A stretch of DNA of 56,843 nucleotides, taken from the IMG/VR virus record IMGVR_UViG_3300037424_001259, positions 1-56,843 of that record; one strand, 5' to 3'. A model generated the notes under the pieces. The model saw only the letters and a program-made list of their open reading frames with translations, ran no database searches and was not told the DNA's origin. This stretch comes from a virus (lineage: Duplodnaviria > Caudoviricetes). The stretch's first letter is position 1, and each line of letters opens with the position of its first letter. This document shows positions 26,255 to 36,707 of this stretch, piece by piece. Position numbers and translations under genes: made by a program.

Positions 26255-27925
26255 ATGCCGACCATTAAAAACTTCACCGGCCTCAACAACGTCGCGACCG
26301 ACCCGGCGCTCGCCGGCCCCGGCGACCTGCAGAAGGCCGTCAACGTGGTGGTGACGGACAGCAAGATGCTGGCCAGCCGCACCGGGTTCGATCCAGTGTA
26401 CGCCAGTCAGGCGGCAGTGCATTCGCTCAACGGCGACACGGGTGGCCTGCTCTATGTTGAGGACGACGAACTGACGCTGCATGCGGTGCCGACGCCCACG
26501 GTGCTATTGGGCAGCCTGACTGCGGCGGCTACCATGGGCTACTACTGGTTGAACAACAAGCTCTACTTCGCCAACGGGCACGAGACGGGCGTCTACGCAG
26601 GCGGCGCCGTGCGATCCCTGGGGCTGGCGGCTCCACCCCGTCCCGCGGTTGCGGGCATTTCAGGCGGACTCACTCCCGGCGCGTATCAGGTGGCGGTGAC
26701 GTACGTGCGCAGCGATGGGCAGGAGAGCGCGCCCTCGGAGGTCGTGTACTGCGAAGCGCCCGCTGGGGGGCTTCAAGTCTCCGGCATCACCGCCTCGGGT
26801 GATACGAGCGTGATCGGCGTGACCGTCTACGTCTCCGGGGTAGGCGGCGAGGTGTTGTTCGACGGTGGCGGGCTTTTCCGCTACGCGGTTCTTCCGAACA
26901 GCGGATCCTCCACGATCAACGTGGTGAACTGGGGCAGCGTGGGAACTGGTGCGCCGTGCAACACAAACAACACCTATCCTCCTCCGACCAGCAGCACTGG
27001 GATGTTCTTCTACCGCGGGCGGATGTACTACATCGACGGCGCGGTCCTTCGCTGCTCGCTGCCGATGATGTTCGAGCACGTCTATCTGGACCGCGGCGCG
27101 TGGACCTTTTCGTCAAATATCAAGTTCGCGCTCCCGGTGGAGAATGGAATCTGGGTCGGGACCACGACCGAGTTCATGATGCTTCACGGGCGGGACCCAT
27201 TCTCCGATGGGGGCTTCGAGATTCGCTCGAGGAACACGCACGCCTGCCTGGTCGGCGGGCAGTTGGTCGAGGGCGACGCGATGAACCTTCGGGAGTTCGA
27301 CCCGCGCGGAATGCGCGCGATCATGCCCACGGCCGCGGGGATCTATGTGGGCGACGGGAATGGTTTCGCGGTCAACTACACCGGGAAGCGCTGGGCGCCG
27401 CCGTCCACCACCGGGGCGTTCGGGTTCATCGATGCCACCAATGGCCAAGCGCAGTACGTGTTTTCTTCGGGGGGCGTGGTCTACTCGATGAACCTCTCGA
27501 CCGGCGCAGTCTGCAAATCGGATCGAGTCTTCACCTCCATGGCCAGGGTGGGCACGGTGACGTACGGCAGCGCGGCGGCCGGGATCTACGCCGATGGGCA
27601 GCCAGATGATGCCGGAACAGCGGTCGCCGTTGAGATCGAGAAGCAGGGCATCGACTTCGGCGCCGGGCAAAAGAAGAGTGTTACGGAGATTTATCTTCAC
27701 GCGGCGACATCTGGTACCATGAGCGTCGTGGTCACCTCAGATGTCGGGACAGGCACGACGTCGACCGGCACCCCCGTCTCAAGCGCCATGCGCAACCACA
27801 AAGTCAAGCTCGCTCGCGGGGTAAATGGGCGGAACTTCACCTTCAATATCAAGAATGCGCTCGGCGCCGCCGTGAAACTTGCCGAGATCGAGGCTATGGT
27901 GGCTGTCTCAAGCCGCCGCGTGTAA
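26255..27925 (+). CDS. Tail nozzle (tail tubular protein B-like)
   Basis: FTGLNN, L..AVNV and R.GF N-terminal motifs, a beta-propeller-like body and the C-terminal DFG...KK and GRNFTF motifs. Confidence 0.75.
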   Translation: MPTIKNFTGLNNVATDPALAGPGDLQKAVNVVVTDSKMLASRTGFDPVYASQAAVHSLNGDTGGLLYVEDDELTLHAVPTPTVLLGSLTAAATMGYYWLNNKLYFANGHETGVYAGGAVRSLGLAAPPRPAVAGISGGLTPGAYQVAVTYVRSDGQESAPSEVVYCEAPAGGLQVSGITASGDTSVIGVTVYVSGVGGEVLFDGGGLFRYAVLPNSGSSTINVVNWGSVGTGAPCNTNNTYPPPTSSTGMFFYRGRMYYIDGAVLRCSLPMMFEHVYLDRGAWTFSSNIKFALPVENGIWVGTTTEFMMLHGRDPFSDGGFEIRSRNTHACLVGGQLVEGDAMNLREFDPRGMRAIMPTAAGIYVGDGNGFAVNYTGKRWAPPSTTGAFGFIDATNGQAQYVFSSGGVVYSMNLSTGAVCKSDRVFTSMARVGTVTYGSAAAGIYADGQPDDAGTAVAVEIEKQGIDFGAGQKKSVTEIYLHAATSGTMSVVVTSDVGTGTTSTGTPVSSAMRNHKVKLARGVNGRNFTFNIKNALGAAVKLAEIEAMVAVSSRRV

Positions 27926-27937
27926 AGGAGCAATGAC

Positions 27938-28810
27938 ATGGCGACTGTATCGGATGTAAGCGCACAGAGTTCATTTACCGCGGTAAAATCAGACTTCGAC
28001 AGTGTCGCGACTGCGGGGACAACTGGTGTTATAGATGTCTTGAAGGACATAGTTTCTGCCGCCATCACCGCGATCGGCAGCCAGGCGTATCTTCTCGACG
28101 CTGATTTCACTGCGGAGGATATCGCCCTCGTCTCACCGCTGATCGGTACCGCCGGAACGAACGTCCTGCACGATCGCGTAATCTCCGATATCGAAACTGG
28201 GCAATTCGGGATCGACCCGAACATCGAGGACCAGGTCTTCGAGCGCTCCCGCGAGCGCGAGGCGCGGCTGTTGGCGAGTGCGGTGGATGGGGCCAATCGG
28301 ATGTTCTCGTCCGGTGGATTCACCCAGCCGACGGGTGCCGCAAACGCCGCGATCGAGGCGCTGCGGGCTGAAGCTCGCGACAAGATCGTCAGCGCCAACC
28401 GTGAGCAGACTATCAAGCATGCGGACCTTTACCTCGCTGGGAAGAAGATCGCCATCGATGCTGGAGTGGCGATCGACCAGACGAACGCTACGGTGTTCAC
28501 CGCCGCGGTGGACAAGTTCTTCAAGGTGTTCTCCCTCAAGGTGGATCAGTTCAAGGCGCAGGTGCAGGCGCAGGCCGCGCTGGCTACCGCCGGAATGTCT
28601 GGGCTGAATGTGAATTTCGGCCTGTCGGTTGGTGCGACTGCTAATGTCGGCGGTTCTGAGACCGTCAGTGAGACCGAGGACAAGAGCGCCGGTGTCACTC
28701 GCCGTAGCGTTACCGAAAGCACTACCGAGGATCACAACTACGACGAGACGAAGGGCACAGACTCTGGGGAGACCACCAGCCACACTTACACTCACGTAGA
28801 AAGCCCATAG
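27938..28810 (+). CDS. Internal virion/ejection protein
   Basis: Helical protein with FSSGGF..PTGA motif; follows the nozzle gene. Confidence 0.6.
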   Translation: MATVSDVSAQSSFTAVKSDFDSVATAGTTGVIDVLKDIVSAAITAIGSQAYLLDADFTAEDIALVSPLIGTAGTNVLHDRVISDIETGQFGIDPNIEDQVFERSREREARLLASAVDGANRMFSSGGFTQPTGAANAAIEALRAEARDKIVSANREQTIKHADLYLAGKKIAIDAGVAIDQTNATVFTAAVDKFFKVFSLKVDQFKAQVQAQAALATAGMSGLNVNFGLSVGATANVGGSETVSETEDKSAGVTRRSVTESTTEDHNYDETKGTDSGETTSHTYTHVESP

Positions 28811-28816
28811 ATAGGA

Positions 28817-30580
28817 GTGAATGATATGGTTGATGAACTAAAGAAAAGACTTCTCGCGAAGATAGACAAAGACCTCTCCTACAATCCCGTCAAGGGGGCG
28901 CTGTCAGCCGCACGGGATGCCGCGGCTGTCGTCCGCGATGTTGTTGACGGAGCCATACAGCCAGGGGCAGGACTACCGACCATTGCGGCGCCATTGGTGG
29001 CGGCAGGCTTGCAAGGGCAGTCTCCTGCGCCTGTTCCTTCCATGGGCGCTCCTGCGCCAGCCGTCCCTGTCGGACTTCCTACCCAACTCGTAGCATCTCA
29101 CGAGCCAGCCGTCAAAATTCTCCCACCCGGGATCGTGGCTCCTGCTCCCGGAACGATTCAGACCGCCCCGGCCATAAGGGTCGCTGCCCCAGGAACGCCG
29201 TTAGGATCCGCGCCCCCCGCCGCTTCTCCGGCCGCCCCGGGAACGCCCGCTCCGACCCCGGCGCTGCAAGTTGGGCCACGCCTTACTCCAGGGGAACAAC
29301 TTTCCAACATCATAAACTCCGGCGGCCTGAACGCCGCGCTTCCTATCGGCGGAACTCCGGTTCCTGATTGGCGTGCGGTCACGAACGAAGCGTTTCGCAA
29401 GGCCCCCGACCAGACAAAGGTTCAGCAACTTCTTTCGATGAACAAAGAATTTGTCGCAGGATACAAGCCGCCTCCGGGGACGCCGATGAACTTTGGAGAG
29501 ACGCCCGGACTGCGCGATGTGTCGAAGACAAGCGTGGCCCTGGGCAATCTCGGAGTCCCGGTGGAGAAAAATATCCAGTTCGAGAGCGGGAAAGACCTTC
29601 AGCGGTTCGAGGGCGTTCCGGGAGTCAGCCCTGAAGGCGACACTGGCCGATGGTCCCCAGAGTATATGGCGATCATCAAGAAGGCGGACCCCGACGGCAA
29701 GTACGGCCTGCAGTTTCAAGAGAATCCGTTCCAGTTTCTTGCTCCCAATGGGACTCTGAGTGACAAGGGAATCGCCACGCTTCAGAAAGAAAACGACGCC
29801 GCTGAACTCAAGGAGAACAGAAAGAAAGCCGCTCTCGAACTGAACCGCGACATCGCCGGCTTTAAAGGCGGCCCCAAGACGCGGCAGGATGCGGCGAACG
29901 AACGGCAGGCGCAGTTCGACAAAACGTGGAATCCGACCGCGGAAGGGACCGCGGAGCGTGAATCAAAGATGGCACTTCAGGAGTCGGACCAGGTCTGGAA
30001 GGACGCGTCTCGCGAAGACATTCAGGCGCATGAAGTAGAGACGGCGAAGACGCTCGATATGTATAACAGGATCATTGAAGACGAAAAATCAACACATGCT
30101 GAACGCCTGGAAGCCACAAAACAGAGAGGGGAGCTAAAGAAACAGCGACTCATGGATCAGGCGGCGTGGAAGAGACTGGGGCTGACGACACAGAACGCCC
30201 TCGCCGTGACGGGGAAAGAGGTGGCGGGCCGGGCCGCTGATACTGCGACGAGGGCCGCGGGTGATCTCGCGGTTGCCAAAGAGAAAGCGACGGCTTCTGG
30301 CCTCATAAGCAGGGAAGACGCCTTCAAGATTGTTATGGCCGACGGCAAGGAATCAGGGGTACGAGGAGATGGATCGTATGGGCCGGTAACCAAAATTCCA
30401 GGGGCAACTCTCGAGGAGAAAATTGCCTACGTACAGCAAAGCGGCGTGGGGGCGGTCCCTGTCGGTGGTGCCAAAGTCGGTGGCACATTCCGCGGCAAAG
30501 TGGTAAAAGAAATAAGGGTAGACTCGAAAACAGGCAGAAGGGCGCTAAAGTTCACAGACGATTCCATCGCGTGGGAATAG
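28817..30580 (+). CDS. Internal virion/ejection protein
   Basis: Pro/Ala-rich N-terminus and coiled-coil C-terminus; module position. Confidence 0.6.
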   Translation: MNDMVDELKKRLLAKIDKDLSYNPVKGALSAARDAAAVVRDVVDGAIQPGAGLPTIAAPLVAAGLQGQSPAPVPSMGAPAPAVPVGLPTQLVASHEPAVKILPPGIVAPAPGTIQTAPAIRVAAPGTPLGSAPPAASPAAPGTPAPTPALQVGPRLTPGEQLSNIINSGGLNAALPIGGTPVPDWRAVTNEAFRKAPDQTKVQQLLSMNKEFVAGYKPPPGTPMNFGETPGLRDVSKTSVALGNLGVPVEKNIQFESGKDLQRFEGVPGVSPEGDTGRWSPEYMAIIKKADPDGKYGLQFQENPFQFLAPNGTLSDKGIATLQKENDAAELKENRKKAALELNRDIAGFKGGPKTRQDAANERQAQFDKTWNPTAEGTAERESKMALQESDQVWKDASREDIQAHEVETAKTLDMYNRIIEDEKSTHAERLEATKQRGELKKQRLMDQAAWKRLGLTTQNALAVTGKEVAGRAADTATRAAGDLAVAKEKATASGLISREDAFKIVMADGKESGVRGDGSYGPVTKIPGATLEEKIAYVQQSGVGAVPVGGAKVGGTFRGKVVKEIRVDSKTGRRALKFTDDSIAWE

Positions 30581-30589
30581 GCGGGCTGA

Positions 30590-33019
30590 ATGGCTGACAA
30601 GAGCGGCGCTGTTCTTGACTGGGACAAGCTCGATCCAGTTGATGATTCTGCCCCAGAGTGGGATAAGTTATCTCCAGTAGAAGATGCTCCTAGCGCTGAA
30701 TTGTTTGCCGATACTCCGGCACCAAAGCCCTCCTTCACCCCCGAGGGATACAAGCCGCAGGGATTCCTCGAGAAGACCGGGCGCAACGTCGTCGCTGCAA
30801 TCCCGCGGCTGGCCGAGGGCGTTGTCGCTCTGGGCGCCGAACTCCCCGCCTATCTCGGAACTCAGGCCGAGCAGGCAATCAAGGACTTGAGGGGCGATAC
30901 GTCTCCGACGCCAACCCCCGTATACGATGCCGCCCGCAAGGCCCGCGAATGGCTTGGCGAGAAAGCCGCCGCTGTCTCTGGCCCGACCCACGCGCTTCAG
31001 ATCGACGATGAACTCCCGTGGCGCGAGAAGATTGGCCAGACGTGGGAGGCAATCAAGAACGACCCGGCCGGCGCTGCGAACTTCATGTACGAGCAGGGAC
31101 TACAGAACGCTCTTCCGATGGGCGCTTCGATGAAGATGGCAAGCACCTCGCTCAAGGCGTCGAAACTGGCCGGCGTGTCAGCAGGAAGAGCAATGGGGAA
31201 AGCGGCAGTCAAGGGCGCGATCCCGATGTTCCCGCTCGAGTACGCCGGCGCAGCGCAGGAAATGGAGCGAGTCACCGGGCAGCCGCAACCGCTCTATGCC
31301 CTTGGGTATGCCGCCGTCTCTTCGCTCATTGAGCAGGGATGGGAAGTTCCGACCTTGGCGAGACAGATTCTGACTGGCGTTGTGAAGGATGCCGCGAAGA
31401 CGACCGCGGTCAAGGGCGCTGGAAAAGAGTTCGCCAAGTCATTCCTCTCTGGTATCGTCGGCGAGCCGACAGAGGAAGCGCTGCAGCAGGTGTCGCAGAA
31501 CTTCCTCACCGCGATGTCTGACCCGAAGGCATACCCGTTCACCCCGGATAACATGCTGCGCGGAGTTGGCGAGTCTGCTCTCGGGGCGCTTGGCATGGGT
31601 GGCGTGGCCGGCGGAGTCACAGGTGCCAGGGGAGCGCTGGAGTTGCGCCAAGGAAAGCCGCCTGCCGTGCACCAGGGCAACGACTTGTCCCTAAACGAAC
31701 AAGCGAGCAAGGACTTCACCCCGAAGACCGACATCCCGCCCGTCTCCAGCCAAGAGGACCAGGACCTCCTCGATCTCGCCGCGGCCACCATGGACGGCCT
31801 CGAGGGCCGGGACGTGTCTGAGTGGACGGAGGCCGACAAGGGCTTGCATGAGGTCCTGTCGTCCCTCCCAGAAGGAGACGCGGCCGCGGTCAGGTCTGCG
31901 CTCCCGGGGTACGTGGAGATCGTCAGGGCGGCTCGAGCGAAGGAGGCGGGGCAGCCCACAGAGGCTCCTCCGCCCGCCCCCAAGCCCGCCATCCCCGTCG
32001 ACAAGCCGGTGGACCTCACCGGGAAGACTCAGCCAGCCGCGATGACGCGAACGGGTGCGCCCGCCGTCGAGCCGGTAAGCGGGCCGGCTCCCATAGCGGC
32101 CCCGGCTGTCCAAACCAGCGAGTCGGGTGATTTCCTCGAAAGAAAACGTGACTTAATAAACAGTGCAGTTGAGGCCGGGAAGAAGGCATACGAGGAAGAA
32201 AAAGCTCGTGGGAGAGCGGCTCAGTCGGCACCCCCGGCTGTCCAGGCCGTCCCCATCCCCACGGATCGGCAGGTCGACCTCCTGCGGCCCGAGGCTTTGG
32301 CGCCGCCGCCCGCACCGGCACCACCAGCGGCCCCTGCAGTCCCGGCTCTGCCCCCGGAGCAGGCCCTTCCGCTGCGTCAACCGATCACACAGCCCCTCCC
32401 CGCACCGGCGCCCGCGGAGCCCGCCCTTGCCATTGCGCCCGCCCCCGTGGCGGCTCCTGTGTCGCAGAGCGCCATCCAAAACCTCGCGGATGGCAGTCCC
32501 GGTGCGAAGATCAACAAGATCACGATCAGCACGGGGAAGAACATGCTGCTAGAGGGGGATGTCGAGTCTCTCGAGGAGCATATCGTCGAGGGCGGAAAGC
32601 CTGCTGAAGCTGTTGTCGCTGGCTTGCGGCGAGCCATTGAACGGGCTGGGGCCGACGAAGCGGCAAAGATCGGAGCACATAAAGATTTGGCGTACGTGGA
32701 GCGCAGGCTTGCAGAGCGCGGACTTCTGCCTGCAGGACGGCAGGAGAAACGAGCAGAGATTGTCAGCGAGGGCGAGGCGGTCCAGCAAGAGCCGCGGCCC
32801 GAGAAGGGGGCGGTCAGCACGACGCCCCTAAACATTCGATCTGATTCCGCGGTCCAATTCGATATCTCGTCTATACCGGAAGATGCAAAAATAGACATCA
32901 AAGTCTACCGGAAAAAGACAGGTAAGGCCGCCACGATAAAAGCTAACGCAAGAGAAGCATATACGGAAACAATCTCCGACATTGGAAAGATATCAAAGGC
33001 ATTGGAGGACTGTTTATGA
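30590..33019 (+). CDS. Internal virion/ejection protein
   Basis: N-terminal WDKL.PV.D repeats, EPTEEALQQ motif, Gly-rich hydrophobic helices and a Pro-rich linker. Confidence 0.7.
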   Translation: MADKSGAVLDWDKLDPVDDSAPEWDKLSPVEDAPSAELFADTPAPKPSFTPEGYKPQGFLEKTGRNVVAAIPRLAEGVVALGAELPAYLGTQAEQAIKDLRGDTSPTPTPVYDAARKAREWLGEKAAAVSGPTHALQIDDELPWREKIGQTWEAIKNDPAGAANFMYEQGLQNALPMGASMKMASTSLKASKLAGVSAGRAMGKAAVKGAIPMFPLEYAGAAQEMERVTGQPQPLYALGYAAVSSLIEQGWEVPTLARQILTGVVKDAAKTTAVKGAGKEFAKSFLSGIVGEPTEEALQQVSQNFLTAMSDPKAYPFTPDNMLRGVGESALGALGMGGVAGGVTGARGALELRQGKPPAVHQGNDLSLNEQASKDFTPKTDIPPVSSQEDQDLLDLAAATMDGLEGRDVSEWTEADKGLHEVLSSLPEGDAAAVRSALPGYVEIVRAARAKEAGQPTEAPPPAPKPAIPVDKPVDLTGKTQPAAMTRTGAPAVEPVSGPAPIAAPAVQTSESGDFLERKRDLINSAVEAGKKAYEEEKARGRAAQSAPPAVQAVPIPTDRQVDLLRPEALAPPPAPAPPAAPAVPALPPEQALPLRQPITQPLPAPAPAEPALAIAPAPVAAPVSQSAIQNLADGSPGAKINKITISTGKNMLLEGDVESLEEHIVEGGKPAEAVVAGLRRAIERAGADEAAKIGAHKDLAYVERRLAERGLLPAGRQEKRAEIVSEGEAVQQEPRPEKGAVSTTPLNIRSDSAVQFDISSIPEDAKIDIKVYRKKTGKAATIKANAREAYTETISDIGKISKALEDCL

Positions 33020-33396
33020 AACAGATGGAAGAACACGACTTCATTGCTTTGATGAATACAGGCGATGCGAAACTGTTTCAGTCCCCCGACGATACTGACA
33101 ACGAGAGAGAAACAGAAGATAAGACCCGCGAGCGAACGGCTGTGGCGATGGAAAAGATTGCAGCAGTTTTAGGTTCTCTTTCTCAAAAACCACAGGAAAA
33201 AACTCCAGACAAGTCTGCCGAAATAATCAAAGGCCTGGCCGAACTCGTAAACAAATTATTGTCACAACTTCGGACGACGGATGCGAAGCCGTTGACGGTG
33301 GCTTATCCTGCCCCGGCGAAGTCGATAACAGTTGAAGTGACGGGATATAATTACGACGGCAGAATCAAAACGATGGTTTTGACGAGGAATCCGTAG
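33016..33396 (+). CDS. Hypothetical protein
   Basis: GGAGG SD and ATGA coupling. Confidence 0.6.
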   Translation: MKQMEEHDFIALMNTGDAKLFQSPDDTDNERETEDKTRERTAVAMEKIAAVLGSLSQKPQEKTPDKSAEIIKGLAELVNKLLSQLRTTDAKPLTVAYPAPAKSITVEVTGYNYDGRIKTMVLTRNP

Positions 33397-33398
33397 AA

Positions 33399-34985
33399 AT
33401 GACCGCGCCCGCTTACGAAACCGACCTCGCAGACATCAGCACCTGCGAAGCTATTGGCACTTGGACGGAACCGACAGGATTTACGGACGGCACTGTTCCG
33501 GTTGCCGAGACCGACTACTGGATTCAGAGTCCCGGTAGTGGCACGACCCACTGCATCTCTAAACCCATCGGCGCCAGCTCGTCAGCTACCGCAGGAATGA
33601 TTTTTGACTCTGCTTCAGGCAAAACAATACCGTCGCCGGGCGCATTCATGATGTGGATGCTTTTTGCCGCGCCCAACACTCTCGCCGCGCAGGCAAGCGG
33701 TGGGATGCAGATGTTCTGCGGGTCGTCAGGCGCGAACTTCCAGCAGTGGTATGTTCGCGGCGCGGACACCTACACGTATGGCGGGTGGGTCTGTGTGCCA
33801 GTTGACCCGGCTGTTTCTGAGGACACTCACACCGGAACACCATCAGGAACGAAACAGTGGTTCGGCGCGGGCGTCAAGCTCGGCGGGATTGCCGCGGTCT
33901 CCAAGGGGAATCCTTGGGGCGTCGATGTCGTGCGTTATGGCCGCTGCGAAGCGCGAGTGGCATACGGCAGCACTGCCGATGGGTACGCAACCATCAACGG
34001 TTTCGCTGCTGTCAATGACACGGAAGCAAATCGCTGGGGGCTGCTCCAGGCGGTGCAGGGCGGCTACCTGATGCAGGGCCTCGTGGTGCTCGGCTACGTC
34101 AACGCCTGCGATTTCCGGGACGCGAACAAGAGCGTCTTCATCGCCAACACCGAGAAGGTGATTTCTTCCTTCAACGCAATAGAAGTCCGGCAGTCGGGTA
34201 GCCGCGTGGACATGACGGCGATTTCGTTCACCGCGCTCGGCACGACGGCGCGAGGCAACTGGATCACGACCGACAACGCGACCATCAATATCACCGGCTG
34301 CACCTTCACCGACATGGGGACGTTTGGGTTCCTGGCCGCGAGCACGATCCTTAACACGACCTTCCGCCGCACCGACAAGATCACGACCGGCGGGGCGACC
34401 ATCACTGGCTGCACCATCGACAGCAGCCGAGCGACCACGGCCTTACTGGCGGCGACCCCTGCCGATGCCGCGTTGGTGTCAAACACCGCGTTCACCTCTG
34501 ACGGCACGGGTTACGGAATCGAGGTCACGGGCACGGCGGCGAACTTCGGGCTGACCGGCGTGACTTTCGACGGCTATGAGGCGTACCAGGCGGGCGGAAC
34601 CACCACCGGCAACGAGGCAATTTTCATCAATATCGCAAGCGGCGAGCTTACTATTTCAATCACGGGTGGCGACACCCCGTCCTACCGCACCGCCGGATGC
34701 ACAGTCACGATTTCATCTTCGGTCACGGTCACGCTGACGGGCCTGAAGAATCCTTCAGAGGTACGGGTGTTCAACGCTGGCACGACAACGGAAAGGAGCG
34801 GGACGGGGGCTGAGTCTGTAACTGACGGGGATCACGCTTTTTCAGTTCCCTCCGGCACTTCGGTTGACATCGTTATTCTGTCCCTCGGCTACCAGAATAT
34901 GCGAATACTCGCGTTCTCGACAACGAGCAGCACCTCAATCCCGGTTTCTCAGGTCATTGATCGGCAGTACTACAACCCGGCGTAA
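33399..34985 (+). CDS. Beta-helix structural/tailspike-like protein
   Basis: ITGCTF/TITGCTI-type repeats; Thr/Gly-rich. Confidence 0.65.
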   Translation: MTAPAYETDLADISTCEAIGTWTEPTGFTDGTVPVAETDYWIQSPGSGTTHCISKPIGASSSATAGMIFDSASGKTIPSPGAFMMWMLFAAPNTLAAQASGGMQMFCGSSGANFQQWYVRGADTYTYGGWVCVPVDPAVSEDTHTGTPSGTKQWFGAGVKLGGIAAVSKGNPWGVDVVRYGRCEARVAYGSTADGYATINGFAAVNDTEANRWGLLQAVQGGYLMQGLVVLGYVNACDFRDANKSVFIANTEKVISSFNAIEVRQSGSRVDMTAISFTALGTTARGNWITTDNATINITGCTFTDMGTFGFLAASTILNTTFRRTDKITTGGATITGCTIDSSRATTALLAATPADAALVSNTAFTSDGTGYGIEVTGTAANFGLTGVTFDGYEAYQAGGTTTGNEAIFINIASGELTISITGGDTPSYRTAGCTVTISSSVTVTLTGLKNPSEVRVFNAGTTTERSGTGAESVTDGDHAFSVPSGTSVDIVILSLGYQNMRILAFSTTSSTSIPVSQVIDRQYYNPA

Positions 34986-34997
34986 AGGAGCAAGAAG

Positions 34998-36683
34998 ATG
35001 GCGATTCAACTCGACCCCACAAACCTCGCGGACTCTGCGGCAGACGACGCTTCGCAGGAACTTTACATCAACACCGCTGCCAAGACGCTCAAGGTCGTGG
35101 CAGTCGGCGGCATCGTGGACACCGGACAGCAGTCGGAGAACGGCGTGGCGATCAAGTGCGTCTACTCGTTCCTCAAGGAGCAGTGGACTGCCGATCCGAA
35201 CACGAAAAACCTCGCCGCGTTCCCCTTCCCCATGGTGCCGATCACTGACGAGTTCTTCGAGCTTGTTGATGGTTGGACCTGGGCGAACACCACCACTGAG
35301 GGCCTGCTGCGAAACGGTGGCTGGTTGGTACGTAATACCGCGGGCAACGTCATTGAGCATTGGGCGGGGATCAAAACCACCGGCTCGACGGAAGCAGACG
35401 ATCAGCTCTACTACCAGCTTTCCGGCACCTCCGGCACAGCTGCTGCGGCTGACTTCCTGGATGTCGGCGCGGTCAACCAGGGCGTGCAGGTCATCGACGA
35501 TCCCAACGGCGACGCCAACTACGCTGACGGGTTCTCCTACTGCACGAACATCAAGGTCTTCAACCGCCAGTACAACCAGATTTACTCCGTCTCCTCGACC
35601 AGCGCCAACGGGGAAGCAAGCCTTACTGCACCGAAAATTTTCGGTCTCGACGCCAGCACCACCGCCGACTTGAACATCGAAGACGTTGACGGCAACATGA
35701 CCGCATCGCCGTACTCCGACATCAAGGTGCGCTACTTCGATCAGGTGTACTCGCGGGATGTGGACAGCGCCACGAACCGCAGCTTTGGCATCGTCGTGGA
35801 TGTCAAGACTCACTCGGGCGTGGACGGCTCCGCACCCGGCGGGGCGAGTGTACTGACGACTGCTGAGGCTGGCATGACCGTCAGCGCTTTCGCGGGTGGC
35901 ACGCTGGTGATTCATGAGGGGACCGACGAGGCGACGATTTTCCCAATCACGGATAACGCTGCAGGGACGGTCACCGTCACCGGCACCATTGCAGTCGGGT
36001 CGAATATGTCCTTTACGGCCTACCCGGCGACCGCCAGCATGGCCACTGCCGAGCAGATTTACACCAAGGTCCAGTACCTGCTGCGGCAGAACTCGGACAT
36101 CGACGCGACGGATGGGGCCGTCACAGGCAAGGTTGGGGATCAGATCCTCACCTTCGTCGGCTCCGATCTCAAGGCGGGTTCGCTGGCTCCGACCAACCCC
36201 AACGGCGGCGGGTCCGGCGTCTGCATTGAGGGCTTCAAGGCGTCAGACACGAACCGGATTACCTTCTACGATAACTCGGCTGTCACCCGCACGTTCCCCT
36301 ACGTCGCTTCTCTCACCATCAACTTCGGCGCGAACCTGCAAAATGATGCCAGCGCGGAATACTGGGTCTACTTCACTAACGACGATGCGGGCGACAACCT
36401 CGGCTACGACTGGGGCACGGCGAACGCGATCATCGTGGACGACAACTCCGGCGTTGACATGGCCGGGAGCGTGAGTGCCGCGGCCAGCGTCGAGAAGAGC
36501 TTCAACTACGACGGCAACGTGCAGCGCGGAGCTGCTTCTGCCGGGGACGATGCCCCGATCACGGTTATCGGCATCGGGTTGGCGACGGGGCAGTACGTCA
36601 AGACCACGGGTACGATTTCGCGCAGTACGAGCAACGTCGTGTCGCTCATAGCAGCTCTTGAGAGGAATTATAGCAATCCGTAA
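34998..36683 (+). CDS. Structural protein (appendage module)
   Basis: YSFLKEQW and FPFPM.PIT motifs; beta-rich. Confidence 0.65.
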   Translation: MAIQLDPTNLADSAADDASQELYINTAAKTLKVVAVGGIVDTGQQSENGVAIKCVYSFLKEQWTADPNTKNLAAFPFPMVPITDEFFELVDGWTWANTTTEGLLRNGGWLVRNTAGNVIEHWAGIKTTGSTEADDQLYYQLSGTSGTAAAADFLDVGAVNQGVQVIDDPNGDANYADGFSYCTNIKVFNRQYNQIYSVSSTSANGEASLTAPKIFGLDASTTADLNIEDVDGNMTASPYSDIKVRYFDQVYSRDVDSATNRSFGIVVDVKTHSGVDGSAPGGASVLTTAEAGMTVSAFAGGTLVIHEGTDEATIFPITDNAAGTVTVTGTIAVGSNMSFTAYPATASMATAEQIYTKVQYLLRQNSDIDATDGAVTGKVGDQILTFVGSDLKAGSLAPTNPNGGGSGVCIEGFKASDTNRITFYDNSAVTRTFPYVASLTINFGANLQNDASAEYWVYFTNDDAGDNLGYDWGTANAIIVDDNSGVDMAGSVSAAASVEKSFNYDGNVQRGAASAGDDAPITVIGIGLATGQYVKTTGTISRSTSNVVSLIAALERNYSNP

Positions 36684-36707
36684 ACCGTCGCGAGCGACGA
36701 GGAGACT